A stretch of 59,206 bases of DNA, the filler included, from Squatina squatina (lineage: Eukaryota), in assembly GCA_031763465.1 (NCBI GenBank). It is 4 parts of 4 records of this genome, joined end to end, with 100 filler letters (N's around TTAATTAATTAA, not from the genome) between each part and the next. Parts side by side here need not be neighbours in the genome. Positions count along the whole stretch, not along the records: positions 13,291 to 26,027 come from JARFOE010000001.1; positions 26,128 to 39,011 come from JARFOE010000176.1; 2 more parts are not named here. The stretch is one strand, 5' to 3'. A program made the position numbers and the translations under genes. Positions 23,463 through 38,229 of the stretch are shown here, in pieces; the stretch's first letter is position 1; each line of letters starts with the position of its first letter. The notes beneath the pieces are model-generated. The model worked only from the letters and a program-made list of their open reading frames with translations, was not told the origin of the DNA and did no database searches.

Positions 23463-23761
23463 CTAGATAATCTGTTTTAGTGATCTTGATGGAGGGATAA
23501 ATATTGTCCAGGACACTTGGGAGAACTCCCCCTCTGTTCTTCGAATAGTGCCTTGGGATCTTTTACATTCACTTGACAGGGCAGACAGGCCTGCGGTTAA
23601 ACTTCTCATCTGAAAGACGGCACCTCCGACAGTGCAGCACTCCCTTAGCACTGCACTGGAGGGTCAGCCTAGATTTATGTGCTCAAGTTCCTGAGCAGGA
23701 CTGGAACCCACAACCTTCTGACTCAGAGACGAGTGTGCTACCCACTGAGCCAAAGCTGACA
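23463..23761 (-). mobile_element. DeuSINE (SacSINE1-like) 5' two-thirds
   Basis: Same head and Deu core (gtgccttgggatcttttacattcac) as the 14591 copy. Confidence 0.8.
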
Positions 23762-24474
23762 TAGAAATCAGGCACTCATTGCCCATGAGTCTGCACTGTC
23801 TCGCCTGCATGTATCACACTCTCCTTCGCCAACATGGAAAATCCCAGCACAGCAATCCAATTTTCACCGAGATGAGTTCTGAATTCTGTGACTGATTCAA
23901 TTTTCTCGCTCCTAATAAGTGTCACAAGAGAGGCAGGAGATTTGACCAGTGCTTGGAAACGCATGAAGATATCATTTCATTTATGAGAGATTTCATGGTT
24001 CCTTTCTCAGCAGTGTAGTAACAAAAAATTGTTCAAACAAGTCACCTCCCCCACCCCCTCATAAATATTAGCAGAAATTGAGGCAGATGCATGTGATTTT
24101 CTAACAGCAAGCCACACAGCAGAAACTCAACCTGTCGGGGACACTAAATCATTCAGCCTACAACAGAACAGATTTGCGCCTAGTCAGAAAAACACAACCT
24201 TTCAAATCCCTCAGCAACTCCTCTTATATTTCATGGTACTTAAGTGCAATCCAGGGACAGTGATGCTCCTGTAGATTGTGGTAAAGTCTTCACAAGACAG
24301 GTAGCTACACTGAAAGCAGAATGACAAAATAGATAAGAAACTAATAAAATACCACAAATGATGTGCTCCAAGCAAATACATTAAAACATCTGGAACAGAG
24401 CCTGCACCAGACGTCCCATGAGCTCGTTGCAGACAGTGAAGAGGTTTGCATTGTACAAAATGTGTGGCCGGGAA

Positions 24475-24572
24475 AAGGGGCTCCGGGGACTAATTGGATT
24501 GCTCTTTGAAAGAGCCGGCACAGACCCAATGGGCTGAATGGCCTCCTTCTGCGCTGTCCTATGAGTCTATGA
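24475..24572 (+). mobile_element. CR1 (HER1-like)/HE1-type 3' tail
   Basis: ATGGGCTGAATGGCCTCCTTCTGCGCTGT followed by a short CTATGA repeat. An inverse copy lies at about 10045-10098 and a tail microsatellite at 59175-59206. Confidence 0.65.
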
Positions 24573-26599
24573 GTACCTGGTGGGCCGGGAGGTACGGAGA
24601 CTCGCGATCCCCAGCCTCTCCATATACCCGCGGGAAGAGGCCCACATATCTCAGGAGCACAAGAGGTTTGCAAGTGGCCCTGGGATCACGTGGGCCGGCC
24701 CAATGAAAGCCAGAAGGGGATCCCCATTCATGCTTATTTGAAAAATAAATTGACATGTTTTACAGGGGCTGGAAACAAATTTATTTTATGTCACAGGTTT
24801 TTAAATGTATAAATTATTGATAACATTTTATTTTTGTTTTTTAAAAAAAAAACTCTTGCGCTTTTACCAGGCGAAAGAATTTCACGGGCGAATTGTCCAA
24901 CTCTCCAACTCTCCGCCCGCGAATGACCTTTTCCCGAGGATGCGCCGGATTGGTCAAGACAATACTTGACAGATCCCAAGATCCGGGTTTTCGCGTATGC
25001 CTAAACCCGGAACCTGGACGGCTCCCATGGGCGCATGCGCATCTCGTACACGCCCGTAGGGGCCCACAAACTAGGGCCCCGCCTTTTCTGGCCCAGCATT
25101 CAACCCAGATGTTTACCCACCACCTTGAAACTCNNNNNNNNNNNNNNNNNNNNNNNNNNNNNNNNNNNNNNNNNNNNNNNNNNNNNNNNNNNNNNNNNNN
25201 NNNNNNNNNNNNNNNNNNNNNNNNNNNNNNNNNATAAATAATTACAGAGCAGACCTTCTTCAAGGCAAAGTTCAAGTGCGATTGCTTCACATGCTCACAG
25301 TGCCTTCCTGCACGCTATTGTTACGCAGACATTAGCCCATGTAAAATGAATGCCTGCATTTTAAAAAAAAAGGAGCACGCAGGAATGTGGCACAACCACA
25401 TTAACCGCTCATACGTGAACCTCATCGGTCTGAAGTTTTACCCTTGTATTTGGTTTGAGCTCAAATTACACAGTAAGTTTAAAGCAAATCCACAGACTGC
25501 CGCGACAAAGAGAATTTTACATTTGGTGCCTCTGACATCTCCCAGGTGGCATCCAGGACCAGAATAGATCCTGCAGGTAGATATTAGAGAGCTGAATCAA
25601 TGCACAGTTCATTGTTTGAAGTCATTAAACACAGCAGACTTGTACACCATCTGAAATATTGTGGATGACAGGGAGAAATTACCTCATGCTTTCTACAAAG
25701 TTTAAAGGGACCCTTCTCTACACCATTTCTCTCTCAGTTAGTAACCTAAAATGATGCTTATAAGTATAACACTATTCCAAATAGACAGGTACCAGTGTCT
25801 AAATCAGCAGCAGTGGCAGAGGAGAATTCAGAGAAGATAAGTGTAGGAGGAAGTGCTTCCAATACAAATTACTCTTACTCCCAATCTCAACAGATCATAA
25901 ACGATAGTTTAGAAAGTTCCCGACCTTGTATAAGAGATTCACCTCCATCCTGGGGATGCATAATATTGCGTCTTCGATTCAGCAAGGAGCAGATTAGCCG
26001 TTGTCAATCACAGGATGCAACAGAGAGNNNNNNNNNNNNNNNNNNNNNNNNNNNNNNNNNNNNNNNNNNNNTTAATTAATTAANNNNNNNNNNNNNNNNN
26101 NNNNNNNNNNNNNNNNNNNNNNNNNNNCAGCGATTCTAATACATCACATGATCCAGGGCAAGGAAGAACCTCCAGAACCACTGGCGTCCCCTGCGTCATC
26201 GCCGCTGTATGCTGTGCACAGAGATTAATGGTCTCTTAACACTGAGAGTGCTGTCAATCACTACACAGGGACTTTTATCTTATGGCGAAGGGAGGTTGTT
26301 GTTACCCTGCTGCTGCTGTAAGTGCAATCTTTCCTTAATCCATGTTAAGAAGGATTTGGAGGAAGGTACTCTGAAATGGAAGGTACTGAGAAAAACAATA
26401 ATTTAATGTGTTGAACAGAAGGTAGCTGAAGGGGGAGAGGAGGGGAGCAGAGGTGAACTAAAATGCCTAAAACACAACTTAAGATAACTAACTGCAAAAA
26501 TGAAGCTTGAGTGATTTTCAAACATCACCTACAGTCAGCGATTATTTGAATTTCTGCCCCGTGCTCTTCTCCAGATATGTTATTTCATAGAATATACAA

Positions 26600-26803
26600 T
26601 CTTTTCCCACAGTGGCTAGTGGAAATCTGGAACTTTCTCCCCCAAAAAGCCAATTGAAATTTTCACAATTGAGATTGACAAATTTTTGTTCAGTAAATGA
26701 TACGGAGTTAGGTCACAGATCAGCCATGATCCAATTAAATGGCAGAACAAGCTCGAGGGGCTGAATGCCTCCCTCCTGTTCCTGTTCCTATCCTCTTATG
26801 TTC
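26600..26803 (+). mobile_element. CR1 LINE 3' end
   Basis: TGGAACTTTCTCCCCCAAAAAGC...GAGATTGACAAATTTTTG...CAGATCAGCCATGATC...GCTCGAGGGGCTGAATG..TCC...CTTATGTTC tail. Confidence 0.75.
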
Positions 26804-29446
26804 CTGTGGCTGTTTTAACATAGTTGTAGAATNNNNNNNNNNNNNNNNNNNNNNNNNNNNNNNNNNNNNNNNNNNNNNNNNNNNNNNNNNNNNNNNNNNN
26901 NNNNNNNNNNNNNNNNNNNNNNNNNNNNNNNNGTTCCTGAATCCTCAGGAGTTTGCACTGGGTAAATGCATCATCAAGGACACACTGCAGCAAATATCTG
27001 ATTGGTGGGAATTGATCTGTGGGCTGACTAAAATATATTCTTGAAGTAACATGAGGGAATCAACTGGGGGGTAAAAATCTCCTGGAAATAAGTGCTTTGT
27101 GGAAATAACCAAATTTAACAAAATAGATATAATGGAGGAGAGATCAGTCTTTCGGGACACATTCTCACTATGGGCTATGATCAAGTGGGAGATGATAGAG
27201 TAAAAATTCTGGTGCGACATTGCTAAGCTGCTTCGAGCCTGCCATGAGCCAGTCCAAAATCTTGGAGACGACAATATTACCATAAAAGGGGGGTGAGGGT
27301 GGGTGTTGCCTGCAGGTTGGCTTTGAGGAGATAGAGTTCTGGAAATAGAGGTCTTTCTGGGGGTGAATTCCATAGCTGAGGGCTGAGGCAGATGAAGGCG
27401 CGACCATTTTTGGTGGGTCAATTAAAATCCTGGATATTCAAGAGGCCTTAATTGGAGGAGTGCAGAGCTCTCGGAAGTTTGTAGGACTGGAGGAGGTTAC
27501 AGAAATAAGGAGGGGTGAGGGATTTGAACACAAGGCGTTACTGGACCGGGAGCCAATGTAGATCTAACACTTCCCCAGTTCTCTCAATCTGCAAAACCAT
27601 TAATACCTCTTTATTCTTCCACCATTTGGGTGAGCAGCTTGGCTGCCCATGTGCAGCATGGAGGTCCAGGATGCTTGATGGCCTGCTCTAAGATTATTTT
27701 CATGGGGTGCTGTGTATATTCTGANNNNNNNNNNNNNNNNNNNNNNNNNNNNNNNNNNNNNNNNNNNNNNNNNNNNNNNNNNNNNNNNNNNNNNNNNNNN
27801 NNNNNNNNNNNNNNNNNNNNNNNNGGTAGTGGGTTTGATTGACAGCTATGCATGGGGTGAAGACATGGTTCCACGCTGTGTGGGAGCAAGGCCAATGATC
27901 CATTATCGTCCATTTGATGGACAACTTTGTGGCCAGATGTTTATGATTATGGTCTTATATTAGGCTGCGTGAAACAGTCAGTTAGTCTAAAGCCAGCAGA
28001 GAGAGAGGCTGAGTTAAGCTGGCTCTATGGTAGCATTTATCATCTAAGGAGTGAACAAGGATCAATATTCTGTTGAGAGGTAGAGCAAGAGAAGAGTATT
28101 TTGTTTTGACATTTTGAGGAGAAAAGTAAAGGTTGTAACTACTGTAAATATACTATGTACTGAATTATTGTTTCTTCTTGATGTTCAATAATTTGCCTGC
28201 TGGCCTACAAGTTGAACCTTGGTCTGATGGAGCAAATTCTCATCCACCGACCAAAGATGAGGCGATCACGTGATATATTCCCGTAAAGTGAAATGCAATG
28301 GTAGAGGTTTTCCATTTGATACATTTACCGAGATATTGGGCACTTAGGGAATGTAAAATGCATTTTACGGGAGTGTTCATTGATGCGGAACCCAAAGAGC
28401 ATATCTAGCATAAAAACCTAAAAGTGACCTTATGACTAATGGCTCTGGAATGTTTTATTAACTAGTAGTAAACAGGTACATTCTACTTCGATAAAATATT
28501 GGGTGAATTTAACGATTGTAATTTATATTAACAGGTGTTGAATTTATTAAAGTCACATGACCACCTTGATCCCCACCTCTTCCCCTCGCCCCATGGTTAT
28601 AAGTGGTTTCATATTGGAACACATGCTCGAAAAGGACAAGCGTGAAATGTTGACAGTGTGATGATTTGTGCTCCGTAGATTTTCAGATCTCATCTCCTGA
28701 GGCCTACACATATGAGGTTCTTAAAAGAAAGTATTTACAAGACTGAGTGATTCCTCTTCAAGCAGGAAAAAGGTTACAGTTCTTGAACAGAATACAGAAC
28801 AGCTGCATATTTGCTGCCTCATAAATATGAATAATATGGTGATTGAAGTTCGATTTTACTGAGAAGGGTGACTGCGGATGTAGATGGAGATTTACTGTAT
28901 TACCTGAAGTACATTCAGCTGTTGTGTGAGTTTTATAGAATTCACTCATGCTTGTAGCAGTCGATGGAGTTCATTATTTTAATATGTTGTTTCAGAAGCG
29001 AATACTGTCTGTTTTAAACAATGCAGTTGACTAGCTTACTCAGGAACGCAACATTCTACCATTTGCCTGCTATGTTGTGAAGCAATCCAGCTTATAACAT
29101 CATATTTTATTCATCAAAAGTGTAACTCCTTCCTGTGTTGCATTCTGGCTAGGATGCAATCATCGTGCTCTAGCTGTGCGCATGCCCACAGAATTTCAGC
29201 TTTTAAAATTAAAAGGTTTGTTCTGCACCAAGGGCAAATTATTATAGGTGAAAAATAGAACCAGACCACAGTGGAAGACATTCTGTCAAGAGCACTTGAC
29301 TGAAAATAATGTTAATAATGGTGAAAAACCGATGACTTCCTCTAGTTTTCAAAGAGTATTAGTCCAGTATTCTGTGGTGAATTATCTAACATCATGTTCT
29401 GCTAGTGGAAAATAATTCCGACTAACAAAGGATATAGGCATCCAGT

Positions 29447-29951
29447 CATACAATAGGAACAAAGGGACAAGAGTGGGCCACTCAGCCCCTTGAGCCTGTT
29501 CTGCCATTCTATTAGAGCCTGGCTGATTTGTATCTTAACTCCATTTAGCCGCCTTGGTTCCGTTGCTCTTCATACTCGAGCCGAACAATAATCTGTCCAT
29601 CTCAGGTTTAAAATTTTCAATTGACTGAGACTCAACAGCTTTTTCAGGAAAGAGTTCCAGATTTCCACTTCCCTTTGTGTGGAGAAGTTTCTGACATCAT
29701 CCCTGAATGGCCAAGCTCTAAATTTAAAGTTCTGAGCTCTCCCACCAGAGGAAATAGTTTCTGTCTCTATCTACCCTATCAAATCTTTCATTCATAAACA
29801 CTTCAGTTTGTCAACCCTTAATCTTCTATTGTCAAGGGAATGCAAACCTAGTCGATGTAACCCGCCCTCAAAATTTAACCCTTTAAGCCCTGGTGTCATG
29901 CAGGTGAATCTGTGCTGCACCCCCACGGAGGCCAATAAATCCTTCCTGAGG
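29447..29951 (-). mobile_element. CR1 LINE 3' end (ORF2 C-terminus and 3'UTR)
   Basis: LASVGVQHRFTCMTPGLKGLNFEGGLHRLGLHSLDNRRLRVD, plus the 3'UTR hairpin and tail. Confidence 0.85.
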
Positions 29952-32903
29952 NNNNNNNNNNNNNNNNNNNNNNNNNNNNNNNNNNNNNNNNNNNNNNNNN
30001 NNNNNNNNNNNNNNNNNNNNNNNNNNNNNNNNNNNNNNNNNNNNNNNNNNNCGGGCAATATTCAGTGCTTCCTCCACATCAACAAATCCAGAGATGCTGG
30101 TATGTGGGATACTTCTTAACAAAAGTGGATTCTGCAGTGTTCTATGCTGCTCTAGTTCCAGCTGTGCTTCACTGGTTCCTACGCAATCATCTGAAAGAAG
30201 AGCAGAAGGTATATTTACAAATGCATTCATACATTTGCCAATTCACCTTTGAAAGTAATGATGTGGAAAAATGATGCTCTCAGTGTAAGAACATTGAGCT
30301 GTTCACGTTAACTGCTCCACAAATCAGGAGATGGTAGCATGTGTTTGGAATACGCTAGCTTATGCAAGTCTGTCTCCCATCTCCTTAACAGGAGTGTCTT
30401 ACACTGCCTTTATATTGATGGAGATCAGCATTGTTTGTTCAAATCTTCAGGAGCTTCATTCTGCTTCTGTCCCATTGATACGACTGCAGATTCTGTTTTT
30501 TGCACACCATCTTTTCCATAACAGTAACATGAGTAAGCATTATTGGCAACGCCCATTCAGTAAGCTGCAAGTATTGCTGCATTAGCTCTCCTGTTGTGTG
30601 AGAAAAAAAATGTAGGCCCAGATTTTCCATTCACATTGCATAAGTCCCACTTGTATTACTCAAACGGTAAAAATGTTTTTGGGAGTCACTCTACTCTCTA
30701 CTAGTTCACCACTGCCATTTCTGACATTTTCCACCAAAGGTGACATTAGGGGTCTAATGCAAATGAGAGGAATATGTTATACGACATACTTGCCATTATT
30801 TGTGTCTTAGCAACACTGAGCACAAGGGACACCTGTGCTGATATTTAATGTTGCTAGGGGCTTTAGATGGATATAAAATTTAGAAGGCCACTTTTAGCGG
30901 CGCAATCAAAAGCAGCTTTAGAAAGAACTGGCAATTTAAATAAATCTTTCCTTTGTCTCCTTTCTCTTAATCCATCTTTCTTTCTCTGTGGATTTCAGCT
31001 GGCGTGTAGAGCCAGGCGCCTCTCGGCCCCCAATCAAGGCCATTGTCCTCAGGATTAAATAGGCCAGTGTCCGGGGGGCATTGAAACTTCCGTCAGCACC
31101 TCTGGGCAGGGAAAGGGGCCTATAAAATCCAGGCTCGCTGCTGCGGAGTGATGGCCAGTGCTTCCCCTGCTGGGAGTTGTGTGCGTGTCAGGTTAGGGCA
31201 GCAAGCTCAACCGTGAGAACCCCATGGTTGAATATCCGACCAACACACACTGTCTAGAAGAAATGGCGACGTGGGTGAGATACAGAAAGCGCAAGAACCT
31301 CATCCCAGCCTGAGTTGCTGTCTTCGGGAGAGGGCGGTGAAAACTGGGAGAGATTTGATACACAACATCCCACTGATTAATAGTTAAACAGGAATTCTGC
31401 TCAATAATTGAAGACTCCTTTGAATGATTAAAGTTACTGGATTAAAGGCAGCTCACATCAAACTAAGCATTGCTTTACATGCTCGTGTTTTATTACGCAG
31501 CTGCACTTGCTTCCCACTTACCTCTGCATGGGTTNNNNNNNNNNNNNNNNNNNNNNNNNNNNNNNNNNNNNNNNNNNNNNNNNNNNNNNNNNNNNNNNNN
31601 NNNNNNNNNNNNNNNNNNNNNNNNNNNNNNNNNNNNNNNNNNNNNNNNNNNNNNNNNNNNNNNNNNNNNNNNNNNNNNNNNNNNNNNNNNNNNNNNNNNN
31701 NNNNNNNNNNNNNNNNNNNNNNNNNNNNNNNNNNNNNNNNNNNNNNNNNNNNNNNNNNNNNNNNNNNNNNNNNNNNNNNNNNNNNNNNNNNNNNNNNNNN
31801 NNNNNNNNNNNNNNNNNNNNNNNNNNNNNNNNNNNNNNNNNNNNNNNNNNNNNNNNNNNNNNNNNNNNNNNNNNNNNNNNNNGTGTTATTGTGCTTTTGA
31901 GTAAACAAGTACAGCACCTTTAGTATTTTGTATCCATGACAACTGTGCCTGCTCACTTTGCCATGTGTTAATCTCTCACCCCAAACCAAGTGCTCTGGCT
32001 CCCTGTAATTAGAGTTGAACTTTACCACTGGAGAAATTAATTGGGATCAAGGTTTATCCACTTTACTGAGTGATTCCCTCCCTTGTGGAACCAAAGTGAC
32101 AAGCATATGACATAGATCAGAGCTCCTTGCTGCAATTGGTAATTCAAGGTTTCTGTTTCCATAATGTGTGAGAACAAAGAGGGCAAATGAGAGACCCGCA
32201 CACTCCTGATACGTCAGTATACATGATTGTAGTTTTGGGAGTGACTTTAGTCCTACCCACCCTGCGCAAACTGGTTATTTACCCAGGTTACATCCCCGAC
32301 TCGGAGCCAGCAGGTGTCGACCATTTGGAATTGTAACCTGCTCTACTAATCACGTGGCAAAGACACCCGCCCAAAGTCGGCAGGACCCTTCTTTACACAC
32401 GCACAGTGGGATTTAAATCGGGCACCGGGAGTTAAAATAACCTGGGGCTTTATTTCTGGAGCAGCGGGTAAGTTTCCAACTCTTACTGTTATTCACCCAT
32501 CAAAAACGGACCTCTAATTCTGCCAAACTTATTGGTTAAGTCTGCACTTTTGACTTTGATGTAAAAAGCATTGCAATATAAAAGAATCTTTGATAGTAAT
32601 CATTGAATTCTGCTGCAACTATTTTGAACTGATGTAGGTATTCTTCACAGATATCAATGATGTATCCCTGATTATTATGCTCATTAAGTACACCCAAAAT
32701 CAGTATAAAGTACTCTCAGATTAGGTATACAATTACTAATTGCTCCCACCATAACACCCTAACAAATCAGCAAATCAGATCAACACTTTAAAAAAAACCT
32801 TAAGTAGACAAAGAAAAACAGTAGTTCAGAATCAGCCCAAAAATCAAAGCCTATGACATGTGAAAACAAGTAAATGCATTGAATGTGCTGTGTGCATCAG
32901 GAT

Positions 32904-33073
32904 TAGGGCGACCAGATTTTAAATATTCAAAACCGGGACAAGTCAGGCCCCCGCCGGGACTGCGCCTGTGCAGTCGAGTGAGCACATAAAAAACCCGGCC
33001 ATTTGTGCAATTTGCAGCTACGTGTTGGGACACCGGGATGTTTTGTTAAAAACCGGGACATCTGGTCACCCTC
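32904..33073. mobile_element. hAT (Blackjack-like) MITE
   Basis: TIRs TAGGGCGACCAGAT...ATCTGGTCACCCTC; internal CCGGGAC repeats; degenerate 8-bp TSD. Confidence 0.8.
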
Positions 33074-34037
33074 ACGAGGGTGTAATTTACACTGTGGATA
33101 TACCCAATATTCTTTCACCAAGTTTATGAAAACCTGAAGAGAGATACAAATGTTGACGGCAGAATTTTGTATTCCTGAACGAGGGGGATTGGGGACATGT
33201 TTTTTGACTTCTCTCTGCCCCACCCCCTTGACATTGCTGCTCTGGCTATTCTCATCACCTCCACATTATCCAAGTGGACTGCTGGTCTTAGCTTCTTCTC
33301 TGCTTCGAACCTCCCCCACCCACTCCTGCCCAGTGCTGCAATTTGCTTCTCCTCTCTTTCTTTCCTCCCACTCCTGTTCTTTGTTTCAATTTTTTCTCCC
33401 CACCCAAATGCTATTCCTGGCTTTATCATTCTCTCCCCAAATGCTGCTGCCTTCCGAAACCAGCAGAACACTGTTAATTGTTTTCCCTAAAAAAAAGTCC
33501 CTGACCTACTGGTTGAAGAAAAACAGATTCTGACAGAGTCAAAAATATATATGTACTTTATTTTCTTGGTTTTGCTTCCCAATTAAATTTGCCCGATACT
33601 GACGAGTCAAGAGCTCCAGAGATTGATAGATTAGTATTACAATCCCCAGGGAAAGGTCCAGTTCATCGACCGTCAGTCTGGTAAGCAATCCAATTTTGCT
33701 GGTCAGTAAAAAATTTCAAACATTAGTCACAGTACAAACAGATCTCTGTATCCCTATTCCTTTTAATTAGGCCAGAAATAACACAACTAATGTATGCACT
33801 TTCAAGTAACTCCTTATTCGTACGTAAAGATGCAGCCTCTCTTGTTGCAGCTTGTACAGAATAGTCTACTAAATAAGAACAAGGGAATCGTTAGGAACTG
33901 GAAAAGACCAACAGGCTCTTTTGGATTGATTGTCAATTAGCCTCCATGTCTGTTCTTCAAATCCCTCAATCTCCTCTCCCTTTCCCTCTCTCTCTCTCTC
34001 TCTCCAGAAACACTTCAGTTATCTCCTGAACCTATTG

Positions 34038-34605
34038 GCCGGTATTTTCCAGGGCCTATGACTGCGTATGTTTCAGCTTGACAGACAGTATGAATCCAAA
34101 GGAAATGTACATACGCTGGTGCAGGGTTGGGTTATTTGCCCAACTACTACCCAGCGAATGCCCACGAAAACTCTTACGCCTGGTAAAAGCAGTGCAAGGA
34201 TTTAAATATTAAAATAAATTTTTAAAAATCATTTACACATTCAAAAACCTTTAAAATTAGTTCAGGTTATTATTGGCCCCTTTAAAAATATTTACATTTA
34301 CTTTTCAAAAAATTAAATATGTTTAAAACATTTAAAGAAATTGTCATTTAATTTTAAACGCAATTTATTTTTTAAATTTAGGCGGTGAGAAAATGCATTT
34401 TTTGTGTGATTCCTATTATCCTTATGGGGATTCCGTATGTAAATAGTATTCCCACAAGCATTATGGGAATCCCTCTTTTGATTGGTTGGGTTGGCCCACG
34501 TGATCCCAGGGACCTGGGGTACGTGGGCCTTTACACAGACGTATGCCTGCAGGCCCAGGATGAAGGCATTCGCCTGTGGGAAGCCTCCAACTGCAATTTC
34601 AGGTC
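34038..34605. mobile_element. Non-autonomous DNA element with AT-rich core; related copies at about 24580-25110 (inverted) and 54556-54937
   Basis: Shared blocks CGCCTGGTAAAAGC and GGCCCACGTGATCCCAGGG; termini GGCCGGTATTTTCC...GCAATTTCAGGTCC. Confidence 0.65.
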
Positions 34606-34846
34606 CATTGTATTCATTTGAATTCCTTTCCCGAACAACCTATTTCACAAATCTATTACTCTGTGTGTAATATTTTTGTAGTGCAGACTTTATTCCAAGA
34701 TAATCCTTTGGAGTTTATGGATATTCAGTTGACACTAAGCTGCCTGGCCTACCTTTTTGGGTTGAAGAATAGTGCATATGGACTCAAGGAAGCATACGTT
34801 GGAAAAGGTTTAATATAAATACAAAATACTACAACTTACAAGTTTG

Positions 34847-35265
34847 TGTCAGCTTGGTGCAAAGGTAGCATTCTCACCCAAGTTAGAAGGCAATTGGATG
34901 CAAGTCCCAGTCCAGGTCTTCAGCAGATAATCTACACTGACATTTTAACACAGCAGTGAGGCAGTACTGCATTGCTGGAGTTACCGCCTTTCAGGCGAGG
35001 CTTCAGCTCCATTTGTAAGTGGACCTAAAAGATCTCATGGCACGAGTCAAAGAGTTTTCCCAATGTACTGACCAACATTTATCCGTCAACCAAAGAATAA
35101 CTGGCCATTCGCATCTTTGCTGTTTGTAGGACTAAGCTGTGCTCAAATTAGCGATCATGTTTATTGACATTACGACAATGAGTACACTCCAAAAGTAATG
35201 CAATCGCTGTAAAATGCCTTGGGATATCCTGAGGATACAAAAGACGCTATATAAATCCAAGTTGT
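34847..35265 (+). mobile_element. Diverged full-length DeuSINE
   Basis: GTCAGCTTGGTGCAAAGGTAGCATTCTC head, GGACCTAAAAGATCTCATGGCAC core, AAAGACGCTATATAAATCCAAGTT tail. Confidence 0.75.
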
Positions 35266-38229
35266 TTCTCAACTTTAGCTGCGAAAAAAAACTTTGAAGT
35301 CTATGTCAATCATAAAAGTACACGTTTCCCCCCCCCTCTAATTTCCCNNNNNNNNNNNNNNNNNNNNNNNNNNNNNNNNNNNNNNNNNNNNNNNNNNNNN
35401 NNNNNNNNNNNNNNNNNNNNNNNNNNNNNNNNNNNNNNNNNNNNNNNGAGGCTTTTTAATACGTCTGGCGCGACAGTGAAAGGCCACAGAGCAGCCTGAT
35501 CCAATAGAGCAGGCGGCGCTCTTCAGGCGTATATTCGACTTCCACCATACTGGACCCTTAGGCGCCCATTTTATGCCTGTAAAACAGGCGCTGTGCAATT
35601 GAATTTCTCGGCCCTTGTATTTTGAATGATTTGAACGGTTGCGGTTACTTTGATATGTAAATAATTTAAAATCTTTATCACTCTTTGAATAGAGAAGTTC
35701 TTCCTGATATATTCAAAATTTACTTTTCACTAATGTCCCCGGTCCTGATTTCTTGGTGTACTTTGAAGTAATAATCTGAGTTTACCTTATCTGTACCATC
35801 TTATATACTTTGATAAGATCCTGCTTAACCGCCTGCTTTCTAGACTGTGAAGCTTAAGGTTTTCTGCTTTTTCTTTGTAGCTTATTTTAATTATTTTTGG
35901 GATTGGTCTTATTGCTCACCTTTGTAATGCAAATATATATTTTTAGTGCTGCCCTGAGCAAAACTGAACACAGCACTGCAAATATGGACTTCCTGGTGTA
36001 TTGTAAAGCTTTAAATTTCTACTGTTCTGATTTGTTCTATTTGTTTTTTAAGTTGCTTTGCCACATATTGACCTCAATANNNNNNNNNNNNNNNNNNNNN
36101 NNNNNNNNNNNNNNNNNNNNNNNNNNNNNNNNNNNNNNNNNNNNNNNNNNNNNNNNNNNNNNNNNNNNNNNNNNNNNNNCCTTTTTTTTTAGTGTGAGTC
36201 CCCATTTTTAGCAATGATTGTCCCCACTCTGTGTGCTGGGTGTTGCCTGTCTGTCCACCATTTCCAGCCTGACACAATGACTGACCTGCAGCTAGGCCTC
36301 GCTCTGTGCTACTCTTGATGAAGCCCCGAGGAGGTGCGTGAAGACGCATTGGATTGCCCATTCGTCTTCTGTCCTTCCATGTAGGGAAGCACTTAGCCGT
36401 TGCTCAGTTTAATGACATCCTGAGATTGGTAATTCTTAGAGTGGAGAATTGTGAGCATGAATCGCATTCTTCATGGCACTGCAAGCTGCAATGCACCAGT
36501 TTACGATTTGACCTTCCAACAGGAGCCTTAATGTAAAGGGTCAAAACTCGATAAATAATGAAAAAGTCTCATATTTTTAAATTGTAATATTAATCGGTTT
36601 AACACTCATGGGCTCTGTACTATTAAATGAAAACATTTTATTGATTACTTCCAAGCATTTACAAATGTTCATTTTGTGAGTACATATTTATTTTAATATC
36701 AGGTGACAAAACATCCATACAACAAACTTCAGAGAAATAGCAGAAAGCTTCACTTCAGCTTTGATAACCATAGAACCTCATTTTGACAGCCTCTAATGCT
36801 CGACGTTAGACAGAAGAAACAACTTTTTATGCACTTCAATAAGACCAGACTTGGTAGCTGTTTCCAAGGGAACATATGAAAAAAAACACACATGCAATTA
36901 CTTGCTATAAGTTTGTCTTAGTACAACTGATCAAGGCTGCATTTGGTACATGATGTTACTGAGCACTGTCAAATTATAAAGCACTGAACATTTTGTTTTT
37001 CCACAATCATTTTGAACCAATATCCAAAAGGAAAAACGATCTGGCTACTCTGTTGTCCATTAATAACAAATGTTTTGGTACTAAACTTTTAGTAAACTTT
37101 CTTTAATTCAGCATACGAGCAGCGCTTGCACCGTAGTTCTTCCAGATGGCATTTGTTACATTCAATGTATTATCACTTGATTAACAATAACTTATTAAAA
37201 CATATCAGTTGATCAAGTTTAACTATGCTATAAGCATAGCAGGAAATATAGAGTTGTTGCCACTTCATTATGATCTGCCTGAGACTTATCACTATTGCGA
37301 TATAAGGGCGACACTTTGCGGTGGGTATGGCGGCCTACTCTCAGAGTACGCCATCATACCTCCTTTGAAATCCACCGCAAGTTCTGCACGGCCGACAAGA
37401 AAGCAATTGCTGGCACAGAGTTGGGCTATTTGCCCACCAAAGGCTCAGCAATTGCATACGGAAATGTTACAGTTGATGCAAACAGTCACAGGGCCTGTTT
37501 GCATCAGCGTAAGGGGATAACTCAAAAGATCCAAAGCATCATTTGGCCTATTTTAACATTATTTAGCTACATAAAAATGAAATTGGAGCATTACAACAGA
37601 TGGAAGCACCTGAGTTCCATTTGAATAATTTAGCCGAGAGCTTCACAGAATTGCGTAAGAGCTTTTTTTTGCTGGTTTATTTTAGTGTCTGTGTGTTTCC
37701 GTTCAATAAAGTTGTCAGACCGGGTATTATTAAAGCAGTTTATCAATTGTTTCAATTTCGTTAAGGCACTCGCAATGCTTTGGCTCCCAGTCTTGACCAG
37801 AGGGGAAAAAGGGAAATGCAACACTGCCACTGAGGAAGAGATATATTTAGTTCTGAAGTTGTGCTACTATTACCTTGGGGAGATGGGAAATCTGTAGTAC
37901 CAGCTGTATCTTAAATAAAAACTGTAGCTGTTTANNNNNNNNNNNNNNNNNNNNNNNNNNNNNNNNNNNNNNNNNNNNNNNNNNNNNNNNNNNNNNNNNN
38001 NNNNNNNNNNNNNNNNNNNNNNNNNNNNNNNNNNCACTACAATATTAGGTGATGGCTCCCATGGTCACCAAGTCAAATTTTTAAAAGTCAAAAGTGGGCA
38101 GGAAAAGCCATTTATTCCGGTAAGGTAACCACTTTTACACTTTCAAACAATGCATACAACCCCATTTTGCCAAAAAAATCGCGATTGAATAAAAACTAAA
38201 GTTAACGCTAATTTTCTTAAAAATAGAAC